Shown one piece after another: positions 37,349 to 45,691 of a DNA stretch of 58,431 bases. Numbering within the stretch: the first letter of the stretch is position 1; every line of letters begins with the position of its first letter. The stretch is from a virus. The position numbers were made by a program, and so were the translations under genes. Location: IMG/VR virus record IMGVR_UViG_3300035665_000039, positions 1 to 58,431 of that record; one strand, given 5' to 3'. The notes under the pieces were generated by a model, which worked only from the letters and a program-made list of their open reading frames with translations, was not told the origin of the DNA and searched no databases.

Positions 37349-39120
37349 GCCGTCTCTTGAAAGAATCCAGATTGGAACTGTTGTTGAGAATTCAGACGCT
37401 GTATCGATTCGTCAATATCGGCCTGAGAAAGTTGATACGCATTCATCGCCTGTGCAATCTCTTGTGGCGACGGATTAGTCGCCAAGAATTGCCCGACACG
37501 CTCGTACATTGCATCGACACCACCGTTCTCCTCTGCCCAACGATAAGCGCCCGACCTGCCGTCATTGGAGGGCGGAGGTGGAGGCGGCGGCGGGGGAGGC
37601 GGCGGAGGTGGTGGAGGAGGCGGTGGAGGTGGTGGTGGCGGAGGAGGAGGTGCTGCAGGATTAAGGAAGGTTGCCGTACCTCCAGGTGCCGCAATCGTAG
37701 GTAGCGAGGTGTTGTAAAACGTCGAGCCCCACTGCATCGTCGCGTTGCCCGTGTCGATGATGTTCTGGATCGCCGCCTTCTTTGCATTGGCGTCCAGGTT
37801 CGGATCCGCCTGGATAGCGTTGATCGCGTTCAGCGTGCCGGTCGCCAGGTTGGCGGCAAACGCCTGAGAAACGTTGGCGTCGTTGATCGAGTCTTGCAGC
37901 TTGACGAGCGCGGTCTGATTGTCGCGATCGAGCTGCGCCTGCGTTGCTTGGAAGTCGCGATTGGCTTGCGCAAGATCGGATTGAGCTGTGCGGTCAAGCA
38001 CATTCTCGCCGCGCTGGAACTCCTGCTGCGCAGTCTGAAGCGCTTGCTGAGCGGAGATATTCTTGTCAGCAATCATGATCTGCTGAGCGCGGTCCAGCTC
38101 CGACTGGGTTGCCTGGAAGTCCTGAGCGGCTTTCGCGAGATTCGCTTGCTGCGTACGGTCGAGCACATTCTCGCTGCGCGTGAACTCCTGCTGAGCATTC
38201 TGTAGCGCAATAGCCTGGGCGCGGTTGAGCTCGGCCTGTGCCGACTCAAAGTTCTGGCGCGCCGTCTCGAGCGCCTGCTGTGCGGCAATACTTCTGTCCT
38301 GCAGTGCGATCTGGTTGGCGCGATCGAGCGCGTTCTCGGCCGACGTGAACTTCTGTTGCGCAAGTTGCAGATTTGCCTGAGCACTGCGATCCAACTCCGC
38401 CTGGGTTGCGGTAAACGTCTGCTGGCTTTCCTGTAGCTTGACTTGCTGAGCGCGGTTCAAGTCTGCTTGCGCAGCGTCGAAGGCTTGCTGAGCTGCTTGC
38501 AGCGCTTTGTTCGCCTCGATCGACTTCTCGGCAAGCGCGCGTTCCTGGGCGCGGGTGAGGTCGTTCTGCGCGGCGGTAAAGACCTGCTGCGCCTCGCGCT
38601 CGGTCGTCTGGAATTGGCGAGTCGCCTGGTTCTCTTTGGCCGTGAAGGCCTGATCGGAGCGCTGCAGGCCGAACTTGTTCGCCTCGCCAGCGTTGAATTG
38701 AGCCGCGGTATTGGCGGCCGCCTGATTCGCAATCGTACGATTGGCGTAGGTTTCAGCGTCCTGCTGGGCGATCGGCGTAATCCGATCGATCATGGCGGCG
38801 ACGCCTGCACCCTGCGCCATGGAGCTGTTGACCAGGCCGCGCTGATTCATGTTCTGCATCGCGATCGTGCGGGCGCGCTGCAGTAGCGGGCTATCTTTAG
38901 CGAGGAGCGATTCAATCTGACCGGCCGCAGTCTCGGTGGTCCGGTCGATACTGCGCTCCTGCGCAGTGTAGGTCTGCGGGTTGAACCCAGCCATCGGGTC
39001 GTAGTTCGACGCGGACTGGCCTTGTGTCGCGCTACCGATCGCGCCCGAGACCAGGCCCGGCTGCTTGGCCTTGGCCTGCTGGGTATCGAAAGGATTCTGT
39101 ACGACGGTGGTGGTGGCCAT
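37345..39120 (-). CDS. Repeat-rich virion-module protein with a 27-proline run (591 aa)
   Basis: About 9 degenerate F-x3-[QE]-x2-L-[DN]-R-x2-Q repeats (about 37890-38560). 27 consecutive CCN codons at 37570-37650. Confidence 0.7.
   Translation of the reverse strand: MATTTVVQNPFDTQQAKAKQPGLVSGAIGSATQGQSASNYDPMAGFNPQTYTAQERSIDRTTETAAGQIESLLAKDSPLLQRARTIAMQNMNQRGLVNSSMAQGAGVAAMIDRITPIAQQDAETYANRTIANQAAANTAAQFNAGEANKFGLQRSDQAFTAKENQATRQFQTTEREAQQVFTAAQNDLTRAQERALAEKSIEANKALQAAQQAFDAAQADLNRAQQVKLQESQQTFTATQAELDRSAQANLQLAQQKFTSAENALDRANQIALQDRSIAAQQALETARQNFESAQAELNRAQAIALQNAQQEFTRSENVLDRTQQANLAKAAQDFQATQSELDRAQQIMIADKNISAQQALQTAQQEFQRGENVLDRTAQSDLAQANRDFQATQAQLDRDNQTALVKLQDSINDANVSQAFAANLATGTLNAINAIQADPNLDANAKKAAIQNIIDTGNATMQWGSTFYNTSLPTIAAPGGTATFLNPAAPPPPPPPPPPPPPPPPPPPPPPPPPPPSNDGRSGAYRWAEENGGVDAMYERVGQFLATNPSPQEIAQAMNAYQLSQADIDESIQRLNSQQQFQSGFFQETA
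37570..37650 (-). repeat. 27 consecutive proline codons ((GGN)27 on the plus strand)
   Basis: Codons counted by hand in the frame of 37345-39120. Confidence 0.9.
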
Positions 39121-39131
39121 AGCGGGACCTC

Positions 39132-39159
39132 AAACTAAAATGGCCCGCAAAAGCGAGCC
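39132..39159 (-). terminator. Terminator-like hairpin (RNA: GGCUCGC-UUUU-GCGGGCC-AUUUUAGUUU)
   Basis: 7-bp stem with one G-U pair and an interrupted U-tract. Lies between the lysis cassette and ATG 39120. Confidence 0.45.
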
Positions 39160-39216
39160 AATGCCGGCCGTGCGCTGGGCGCACTGGTCCGGCGAGGATT
39201 GTAGCAAGAAAATACG

Positions 39217-39226
39217 CATTGTGATA
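39217..39226 (-). repeat. TATCACAATG motif copy just downstream of Rz, followed by TATTTT and the 39132-39159 hairpin
   Basis: Exact 10-mer. Confidence 0.95.
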
Positions 39227-39227
39227 G

Positions 39228-39731
39228 TCAGTCCGATTTCTCGTTGAATTTCGCCCTTACTTCGTTGTAGGCGTCGATGCAGGCGTTGAGCTGTCGGATG
39301 GCTTCGTCTCCTTCGGAGGCGATGGATACAAGAGTTCCAGCAGCCTCTGCTGCAAGTTCGGCTCGCGCTTCAGGTCGATCCCCGCTGGCAGCGGCGGCAC
39401 CTTGGGCTTCGGGGCGAGGACAGGCGGAGGCGACGGGGATTGACATCCGAAGAGCGCCAGAGCGGATGTCAGCAACAATGCGGTCAGAGCGGTTCTTTGC
39501 ATCACGAATTTCCTTTGCGTGCTTGGAGGCGAGGTCGTTCAATCGTTCAGAGGCCTCGGTCTCGACCTTGCGTACAGCGTCCGTAGCCTCAGCCAACTTT
39601 TTTGCAGAGAGCGCCTCCATCTCGGCGAAGCGCTTCCCCCACTTGGTGTCGGCGTCAGCCTTGCCCCACCAGTAACCGAGCCCCAGCGCAATCAGCACCG
39701 AGACCAGCAAGATCAGAATTCGCTCGGTCAT
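39228..39731 (-). CDS. Rz: i-spanin (Rz-like), 167 aa
   Basis: N-terminal TM (ILILLVSVLIALGLGYWW) followed by coiled-coil. ATGA overlap with the endolysin stop. Contains an embedded lipoprotein ORF. Confidence 0.7.
   Translation of the reverse strand: MTERILILLVSVLIALGLGYWWGKADADTKWGKRFAEMEALSAKKLAEATDAVRKVETEASERLNDLASKHAKEIRDAKNRSDRIVADIRSGALRMSIPVASACPRPEAQGAAAASGDRPEARAELAAEAAGTLVSIASEGDEAIRQLNACIDAYNEVRAKFNEKSD
39257..39505 (-). CDS. Rz1: o-spanin (Rz1-like lipoprotein) fully embedded in Rz in another frame, 82 aa
   Basis: Signal plus lipobox-like LALFGC, then Pro-rich mature sequence. Classical embedded arrangement. Confidence 0.65.
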   Translation of the reverse strand: MMQRTALTALLLTSALALFGCQSPSPPPVLAPKPKVPPLPAGIDLKREPNLQQRLLELLYPSPPKETKPSDSSTPASTPTTK

Positions 39732-40471
39732 ACCTTTCCCCTGTATTTCGGCATCCGGGTGTGGATCACGTCGTGGACGTGGTGCCGGTTGATGTCGCAG
39801 GCTGATCGGCCCGCATAGAGCGGCTTGGTGGACTTCAGGCAGACGTTCTCGACATGGCCGAACCATTGATTCGGATCACACCCGGCGCGCGATGCGCAGG
39901 CTCTGCGCTCGTTGAGCAACCCACCGAGCCCGCCGTTGTACGCAGCGTCAGTCATCTGGAGCCTGGCGCCGTCTTCAGGCACAAGCTTCTGCAGCCGGTT
40001 CCAATTCTGTCGAGTCATCAGGATGATCACTCGGATCTGCAGGTCCGGCCGCTGGTAGACCGTATCCCAGCGCAGCTCGTTGAGTCCGCGGGGATCAACC
40101 TTGCGCATGTCGTTGAGCGCATCGAAGCGGATCGACCCGTCCGGGTTGTACGCTCGAGTCAATTGCCCAAGGCCTGCGCCCTCCTCCCGGCTCGTCTTCA
40201 GCCGGCTCGTCGGCGACCAGCACCGTGAGTGCTTGAGTGAGATGCAGCTTTCGTGCTCGATCAGTGCCGGAAAGTAGTGCGGCTCGGGCATCCGCTCCCA
40301 CACTTCCTTGTACTGAATCGTCACCCAGTGCAGGTACTTCTCCGCATTGGAGGGGATGAACGTGCGGACATCCTGAGCGAATGCGGCCTGGCTCAGCAGC
40401 GCAAGAACGATCGCGGCAGCGAATCGTTTCAGCGCGCGACCGTGCCGGCGAAAAAGCTCAATAGAGACCAT
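39728..40471 (-). CDS. Endolysin, lytic transglycosylase-like, with N-terminal signal/SAR-like sequence (247 aa)
   Basis: The N-terminus AAAIVLALLSQAAFAQD and ALIEHESC...GAGLGQLT fit an SLT-type catalytic Glu context. Position in the lysis cassette. Confidence 0.6.
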   Translation of the reverse strand: MVSIELFRRHGRALKRFAAAIVLALLSQAAFAQDVRTFIPSNAEKYLHWVTIQYKEVWERMPEPHYFPALIEHESCISLKHSRCWSPTSRLKTSREEGAGLGQLTRAYNPDGSIRFDALNDMRKVDPRGLNELRWDTVYQRPDLQIRVIILMTRQNWNRLQKLVPEDGARLQMTDAAYNGGLGGLLNERRACASRAGCDPNQWFGHVENVCLKSTKPLYAGRSACDINRHHVHDVIHTRMPKYRGKV

Positions 40472-40788
40472 AGGATCATGGCTCGCATCAGACAGACCCC
40501 CAGGTACGCGACGCCGGCTGCGGTGTTGCCCTCGAGCGCACGCGCGTAGAGCTCTTCCGACGAAGCCTTACCGAGCATGGCCTTGCCCATCAGGTAGGCG
40601 AAGCCCGTAACGACAAGCGCCTGGGCGATACCGAGCTGGAATCGGGTGATGGTGTCGGCGCCATTGCTCGGGTCGGTCGCAAGGAACCACACGAGCACAA
40701 GCACCGGGATCGCGACGAATTGCACCCATCGCGTGTTCAAAGCCTTCGTCAGTACTCTGATAGCTTCTTGCATTGAATTACCTGCCAT
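40429..40788 (-). CDS. Holin candidate, multi-TM (119 aa)
   Basis: Three to four hydrophobic segments. Immediately upstream of the endolysin. Confidence 0.5.
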   Translation of the reverse strand: MAGNSMQEAIRVLTKALNTRWVQFVAIPVLVLVWFLATDPSNGADTITRFQLGIAQALVVTGFAYLMGKAMLGKASSEELYARALEGNTAAGVAYLGVCLMRAMILWSLLSFFAGTVAR

Positions 40789-41014
40789 GCGTGACTAGAT
40801 TGATAAGCCACTGAATCGCGGCGAATGCAGTGCCGGCCGCACCGCCGATCATCATCAGCGTTCGCCATCCACCCTTGGCGGTGGCGAGCGTTTGATTAAT
40901 GGAGTCGAGCTTGTCGAAGATTCGAGCCATATCTTGCCGAAGGAGGTGAACCTCTTTCTCGAGAGTCTCAATCTGAGCGTCGTGCTTCCCCAGGTTCCGC
41001 TGGATGTCTTCCAT
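40778..41014 (-). CDS. Small coiled-coil protein with a C-terminal TM, holin/antiholin candidate (78 aa)
   Basis: Contains WRTLMMIGGAAGTAFAAIQWLINLV. Position. Confidence 0.45.
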   Translation of the reverse strand: MEDIQRNLGKHDAQIETLEKEVHLLRQDMARIFDKLDSINQTLATAKGGWRTLMMIGGAAGTAFAAIQWLINLVTHGR

Positions 41015-41027
41015 GGCAGTCCTTTCA

Positions 41028-41396
41028 TCACTGCAGGTTTTTCAACTTGTAGAGTGTGGACAAGTACTGCCCGACAACCTCATCGATAACGTTCTGGATC
41101 GATGTGTCCTCGCGGGGCACCGCGTTGTAGCGGTTGGCCTCAATCCATGCGAGTTGCCGCTCGAGTACGACGACGATGTCGTTGCCGTATTCGTTCTCGA
41201 GAAACGGGATGTCTTCGATGATTCCCTTGCGACCTTGATATGCCTCGGCGACCGAGTCCGCCAGCTCGATGATCGCGGGGTAGAACTCGCCAAGCGCCAT
41301 GTGCCTGGCATAGCTACCAGGCCCCGTGACGCGCAGGTGCTCGCGGTGAGCGACATCCCTGGCGAGGAAAAGCAGTCCGATGAGCTGGCCGATCAT
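41028..41396 (-). CDS. hypothetical helical protein (122 aa)
   Basis: ATG 41396 after GGAG. The motif copy lies 16 nt upstream. Confidence 0.6.
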   Translation of the reverse strand: MIGQLIGLLFLARDVAHREHLRVTGPGSYARHMALGEFYPAIIELADSVAEAYQGRKGIIEDIPFLENEYGNDIVVVLERQLAWIEANRYNAVPREDTSIQNVIDEVVGQYLSTLYKLKNLQ

Positions 41397-41411
41397 GAGT
41401 CACTCCATTGG

Positions 41412-41421
41412 CATTGTGATA
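41412..41421 (-). repeat. TATCACAATG motif copy (opens the mini-ORF MPME, whose stop lies 3 nt before ATG 41396)
   Basis: Exact 10-mer. Confidence 0.95.
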
Positions 41422-41534
41422 TATCCGACTTGACTCATGGCGTCACCGGCTCAAAAACTGCTGAGGGCCACTGGTCCCAGTCCATCTTGTCTTTTGTTTT
41501 GTATAGCGATTATCGCATCATCGCAGCCAGCCAC

Positions 41535-41795
41535 TTAGGCACTGTACTGCTCACCCGCTGCGATCGACGCGTTCACTGAGGCCAGGTCATACCCATCCCA
41601 CCAAGGCTTATCGCGCATGATCTTGAGGTGCTCGACGTTGCGGGAAACAGTGTCTTTCGCCTCGTCGTTCTTGGTGACGGTACGGCCTTGGTAGCTGCCT
41701 GCCACATAGCCGTTGATGAGATCAACCGAGTCACCCATTGCTGAGAAGTGGCGATCAAGCTCTTCTTTTGCGGGGATTTCAATAACTTCAGACAT
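41535..41795 (-). CDS. hypothetical protein (86 aa)
   Basis: ORF directly downstream of the tail-fibre gene. Confidence 0.55.
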   Translation of the reverse strand: MSEVIEIPAKEELDRHFSAMGDSVDLINGYVAGSYQGRTVTKNDEAKDTVSRNVEHLKIMRDKPWWDGYDLASVNASIAAGEQYSA

Positions 41796-41797
41796 GA

Positions 41798-43345
41798 TTA
41801 GTTTCCTTTAAGGGTTGCTATTTCAGCTTCGGCTGCTTCAAGCCTTGCAGTAAGTTCTTGGACTGCTTTGACTAGCGGCGAGATAAACATCTCACGGCTA
41901 ATTGCTTGGATACCGTCTGGACCTTGATCCCAACCGTTAAAGGTCGTGCAGCCTTCAGCGTCTAACGCAGTTTTGACTTCTTGAGCCACAAAGCCGTGGA
42001 TGACGGTTGTGGTGTCTTTGGCGTTTGTCTCAGCGTAGTACGGATGATCGGTTGGCAGTTCGTTCTGCGGCTTCCAAGTGAACTTGATGGGGTTTAGACG
42101 ATTGATGAACGACAGGCCCAAGGTATCAGGCCCGACGATATTTTTCATCGTGCCATCAGAAGTCTGCGTCCAAGTGGCGTTAGACTCGTAGGCGTTATAG
42201 ATTTTCCCTGAACTACTTCCAATCGTTACATTAGCATCTGCTTGACCTTGAACAACATACCCTAAAACAATTTGTTTACTAGAAGAGCTGGCTGAGGTTC
42301 TCGCATAAGCTCCAATCAAAATATTTTGACTGCCCGTAGTTAACGTAACGCCGCTTCTTCCTGCTTCTGTTCCAATGATTGTGTTGTACTGTCCCGTTGT
42401 AACGCCATCTCCAGCATACCCGCCCACTGCTACGTTATAAAGGCCAGTGGTGTTGGAGGCGAGGGTGTTAAAACCAACAGCGACGTTGGTGTGGCCAGTG
42501 TTGTTGTAGAGAGCTGAGTTGCCTATGGCGGTATTGTTGGAGGAGGTGGTGTTGCTGGTAAGTGCTTGTGTTCCAAAAGCAGCGTTGTTTGCGCCAGATG
42601 TGTTTGAGACAAGCGCCCTATCACCAACCGCAGTATTACCAGAAGCAGTAGTCCCCTCTAAAGAACGATAACCAACAGCGACATTGCCATTAACGGTGGT
42701 ACTACTTGAGAGAGCCTTATAACCAACGGCGGTGTTGTATTCGCCAGTGGTGTTGGCGTAGAGGGCTTGGTAGCCTATAGCGGTGCTGTTGTTGGCAGTG
42801 GTGTTTTGGTAAAGGGCGCTAGTGCCAACAGCGACGTTATTGCTGCCGGTCGTGTTGTTGTGCAGCGGTCCGAATATAGAACCCGCAACACCTGATCCGA
42901 CTGCTGTGTTGTAGTTGCCAGAACTGTTGGAATACAACGCATAGGTTCCAAAAGCGGCAAGACCAGCTCCCGTTGAGTTGGTGTACATGGTCTGATACCC
43001 GACTGCTGCGTTACTTGAGCCGGTATTGCTTCCCCCTGTTTGATACCCCAGCGCAGTCAGATAAGGCGACGCGCCGCTGGTTGTCATTGACCCATACACC
43101 GTCCCACGCGTCGTGGGGGTGGCGGCAGATGCCCCGACCGTTGAGAACGTCAGGTTGCCTGAGCCGTCGGTGGTGATCGCCTGGCCGCTGGTGCCGTCAG
43201 CACTGGGCAGCTTCCAGGTGACGTCGGCCGCGAGCGCATCCGGGGCCTTCAGGCCGACTGTGTTGGTGCCGTTGGTAGCGAGCTCGGCAAGGCGCGCTGC
43301 GCCTCCGGCTGCGACCAGGTCTGCAAGGGTGCGTGGCTTAGCCAT
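41798..43345 (-). CDS. Tail fibre/spike protein with C-terminal S74-type intramolecular chaperone domain (515 aa)
   Basis: Many N-[TS]-x-x-G-x-x-A-L type repeats. The C-terminus GLSFINRLNPIKFTW...HGFVAQEV...ISPLVKAVQEL...L.KGN is typical of the endosialidase chaperone. Starts at the motif ATG. Confidence 0.7.
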   Translation of the reverse strand: MAKPRTLADLVAAGGAARLAELATNGTNTVGLKAPDALAADVTWKLPSADGTSGQAITTDGSGNLTFSTVGASAATPTTRGTVYGSMTTSGASPYLTALGYQTGGSNTGSSNAAVGYQTMYTNSTGAGLAAFGTYALYSNSSGNYNTAVGSGVAGSIFGPLHNNTTGSNNVAVGTSALYQNTTANNSTAIGYQALYANTTGEYNTAVGYKALSSSTTVNGNVAVGYRSLEGTTASGNTAVGDRALVSNTSGANNAAFGTQALTSNTTSSNNTAIGNSALYNNTGHTNVAVGFNTLASNTTGLYNVAVGGYAGDGVTTGQYNTIIGTEAGRSGVTLTTGSQNILIGAYARTSASSSSKQIVLGYVVQGQADANVTIGSSSGKIYNAYESNATWTQTSDGTMKNIVGPDTLGLSFINRLNPIKFTWKPQNELPTDHPYYAETNAKDTTTVIHGFVAQEVKTALDAEGCTTFNGWDQGPDGIQAISREMFISPLVKAVQELTARLEAAEAEIATLKGN

Positions 43346-43352
43346 TGTGATA
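43343..43352 (-). repeat. TATCACAATG motif copy (ATG is the start of 41798-43345; preceded by GAGG)
   Basis: Exact 10-mer. Confidence 0.95.
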
Positions 43353-43357
43353 CCTCG

Positions 43358-43675
43358 TTAAACGCTTGTTGCGGTGCCTGCGGTCAGGCTGATGCCCGCG
43401 GTAGCCCCGTCAAGAATAATGCCAGCAGAGCCAGCCTCAAGTGTAATTTCGCCAGGCTCAATTTGGTGCTTATTCCACTGCGCCTCGGACTGGCTCCACT
43501 TCCACACAAAGCCCTCCTCGTCGGCCGGCTTGATGGGGCGAGCGACCCAGCCTGGTGGATACCACCAGACCACCTCGATGCCATCACCAGCAAATGGCGG
43601 CTCGGACACTTCGATCCAGCCGTCGGTGCCGTCGGTTTCGGGCTTAGGGTATGAGCCGTTCTTGGAATAGAGCAT
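43358..43675 (-). CDS. hypothetical protein (105 aa)
   Basis: ORF between two fibre-type genes. Confidence 0.55.
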   Translation of the reverse strand: MLYSKNGSYPKPETDGTDGWIEVSEPPFAGDGIEVVWWYPPGWVARPIKPADEEGFVWKWSQSEAQWNKHQIEPGEITLEAGSAGIILDGATAGISLTAGTATSV

Positions 43676-43679
43676 GGGT

Positions 43680-45680
43680 CTACCTCAGCGGAAACGCCGC
43701 AGCCGGCGGCGTGAAGTTTGTGGTGTATCGGGCTATGCCTTTAGTGATGCGGAGGTCGTCGATGTAGCCGTTTGCCGAAACCGTGACAGAGCCACCATTA
43801 AACTCAGCACCGACATACACAGCACCCGAAAAGGATTGAGTCGTACTCCACGCGGAGCCTTCATTTACGCCATCCACATAGAGTTTCACACTTCCACTAG
43901 ACCGAACAACAGCCAAATGCACCCAAGATCCAGTGCTTGTAGAGGTGCTGCTATCAATCCGTGCCGTGTTACTTTGATAAACGCGCCACTTGCCGTTAGA
44001 TGTTGCCCGATAAAGTTCAATCCCAGAGGCGCCACTAGAATCGCCAACCGTAAACACAGGCCATGCAGCAGCGGTACTGCTCAAATACACCCAGCCCTCT
44101 ACTGTAAAGTCGCCCTCTAAAGATGTAAGTGGTCCAGATGGTGCGGTAAGCCAATCCCCCGTCCCATCAAACTCTATAGACCCGCCACCAAACTTACTAA
44201 CTGCCGTATCAATCTGCGCGTTGCCTACCGTGACTAGATCGTTCTTGCCGCTGGCGTCGATGATGCCTGCGTTGGTGAACTTGCAGTGCAGCTGCGTGCC
44301 AGCAGGCGTTGGTAGCGGCGCGGTCGGTACGGTGATGCTGGTCGCGTTTGGGTCAACGACGTTCGATCCGACAATGATGCGGAAGTCGGCAATATAACCA
44401 GGCCAGCTGCCGAACGTCGCACTGTAAGTACCGATGGTAAATTGCGTCTGGTTGAAATCAACGGCGTTGCTCAAAGAGCCAATTCGCACGCCATCGATGT
44501 AGTACGAACGAACCCCAGAGGAGTTGCGTACCAGCGTGACATGGTGCCAGCTATTAACTGTCGGATATGGAGCCGCAGAGATGGCGCCAGCAGTGTCCGT
44601 GTTGTTTGTGAAGTCTAAGCCAAAGCTACTCCAGCGATAGGATAAAAAGATACCGGCGTTGTTGGTTCCAAGTGGACCGCAAAATCGATTCGGGACCTCG
44701 GTCGGATACATCCAGAAGTCAATTTGAAACGCGCCCGTTCCGATAGTCAGGTTGGAGCTGGTTGGTGTTTGCAAATAGTCGCCCGTCGCCAGTAATGCAA
44801 CGCTGCCGATGTTCGCGGCTGGGTCGTATGCCGCTGTTGGCTGGAAGGGTGAGAAGGCTTGGACGGAGGGGGTACCGCCAACAGAAATTGCAAACGCACT
44901 AGATGAATTGTCGACAAACCGGTTCGACTGACAGGACAGGAACACTGTGCCAGAAATTGCAGTTAGTGGGTCCGTTGGTGGAGTGAAGTTTCCGGTGTAA
45001 ACAGCACTACCCTTAACAAGTCGAACATTGGACATATAGCCACTAAGCCAACTGACTGAAGCAAAAACCGCACCCCCAATGTCAAGACGAGTAGAGGTAT
45101 AGTTGTTTGTAACGCTTGCCGTGGACCCATACTGAACACCGTTCATGTAGACACGCATCACACCCGAAATCCTGGTGTAAGCAAAGTGCGTCCATGTCGA
45201 AAGCTGTAACTGCGATGTTGGAATTGATAGGTTTGCTACTCCACTTCCTTCCCATGAGAGATTGCTGTTATAGATCTGGACGGCCCAAGTTGAAGATGAA
45301 TCCCCGCTGACTCGTGTGTCTAAAAGTACAGTATTCGCAATGCTGTCAAACTTTACCCAGAATTCAACAGTAAAGTCACCTGTCCCAAAAGTTTGCCCTG
45401 TGAGGGTTGACTGTAGGTAATCCCCGCTCCCATCAAAATAATTACTCCACCCCGTCGGGCTGAATGGGCTGAAGGTTCCTTGGGTCGTGTTACCGTTGCG
45501 GGTGATGCCGAAGTTGTTGCTGCTTGAGTCAAGGAACGTGTTGTTCTGCGCGCCGTTGGTGCCGTTGCCTGGCAGCAGGAGCGTGACGTTCTTGAAGTAC
45601 TCATCGATCGCAGAAGCGATCGGGCTGAGCATTCCGAATCCTACGGCGGATCCAGCACCTCTGGTAGCAAGCAAAGGCAT
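43680..45680 (-). CDS. Receptor-binding-type protein with three concanavalin A/LamG-like repeats (666 aa)
   Basis: Three similar blocks containing DFTVEFWV, AFQIDFWMY and DFTVEGWVY, each followed by W.H.A..R.....YVDG-type sequence. Confidence 0.6.
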   Translation of the reverse strand: MPLLATRGAGSAVGFGMLSPIASAIDEYFKNVTLLLPGNGTNGAQNNTFLDSSSNNFGITRNGNTTQGTFSPFSPTGWSNYFDGSGDYLQSTLTGQTFGTGDFTVEFWVKFDSIANTVLLDTRVSGDSSSTWAVQIYNSNLSWEGSGVANLSIPTSQLQLSTWTHFAYTRISGVMRVYMNGVQYGSTASVTNNYTSTRLDIGGAVFASVSWLSGYMSNVRLVKGSAVYTGNFTPPTDPLTAISGTVFLSCQSNRFVDNSSSAFAISVGGTPSVQAFSPFQPTAAYDPAANIGSVALLATGDYLQTPTSSNLTIGTGAFQIDFWMYPTEVPNRFCGPLGTNNAGIFLSYRWSSFGLDFTNNTDTAGAISAAPYPTVNSWHHVTLVRNSSGVRSYYIDGVRIGSLSNAVDFNQTQFTIGTYSATFGSWPGYIADFRIIVGSNVVDPNATSITVPTAPLPTPAGTQLHCKFTNAGIIDASGKNDLVTVGNAQIDTAVSKFGGGSIEFDGTGDWLTAPSGPLTSLEGDFTVEGWVYLSSTAAAWPVFTVGDSSGASGIELYRATSNGKWRVYQSNTARIDSSTSTSTGSWVHLAVVRSSGSVKLYVDGVNEGSAWSTTQSFSGAVYVGAEFNGGSVTVSANGYIDDLRITKGIARYTTNFTPPAAAFPLR

Positions 45681-45691
45681 GTACTGTTACC

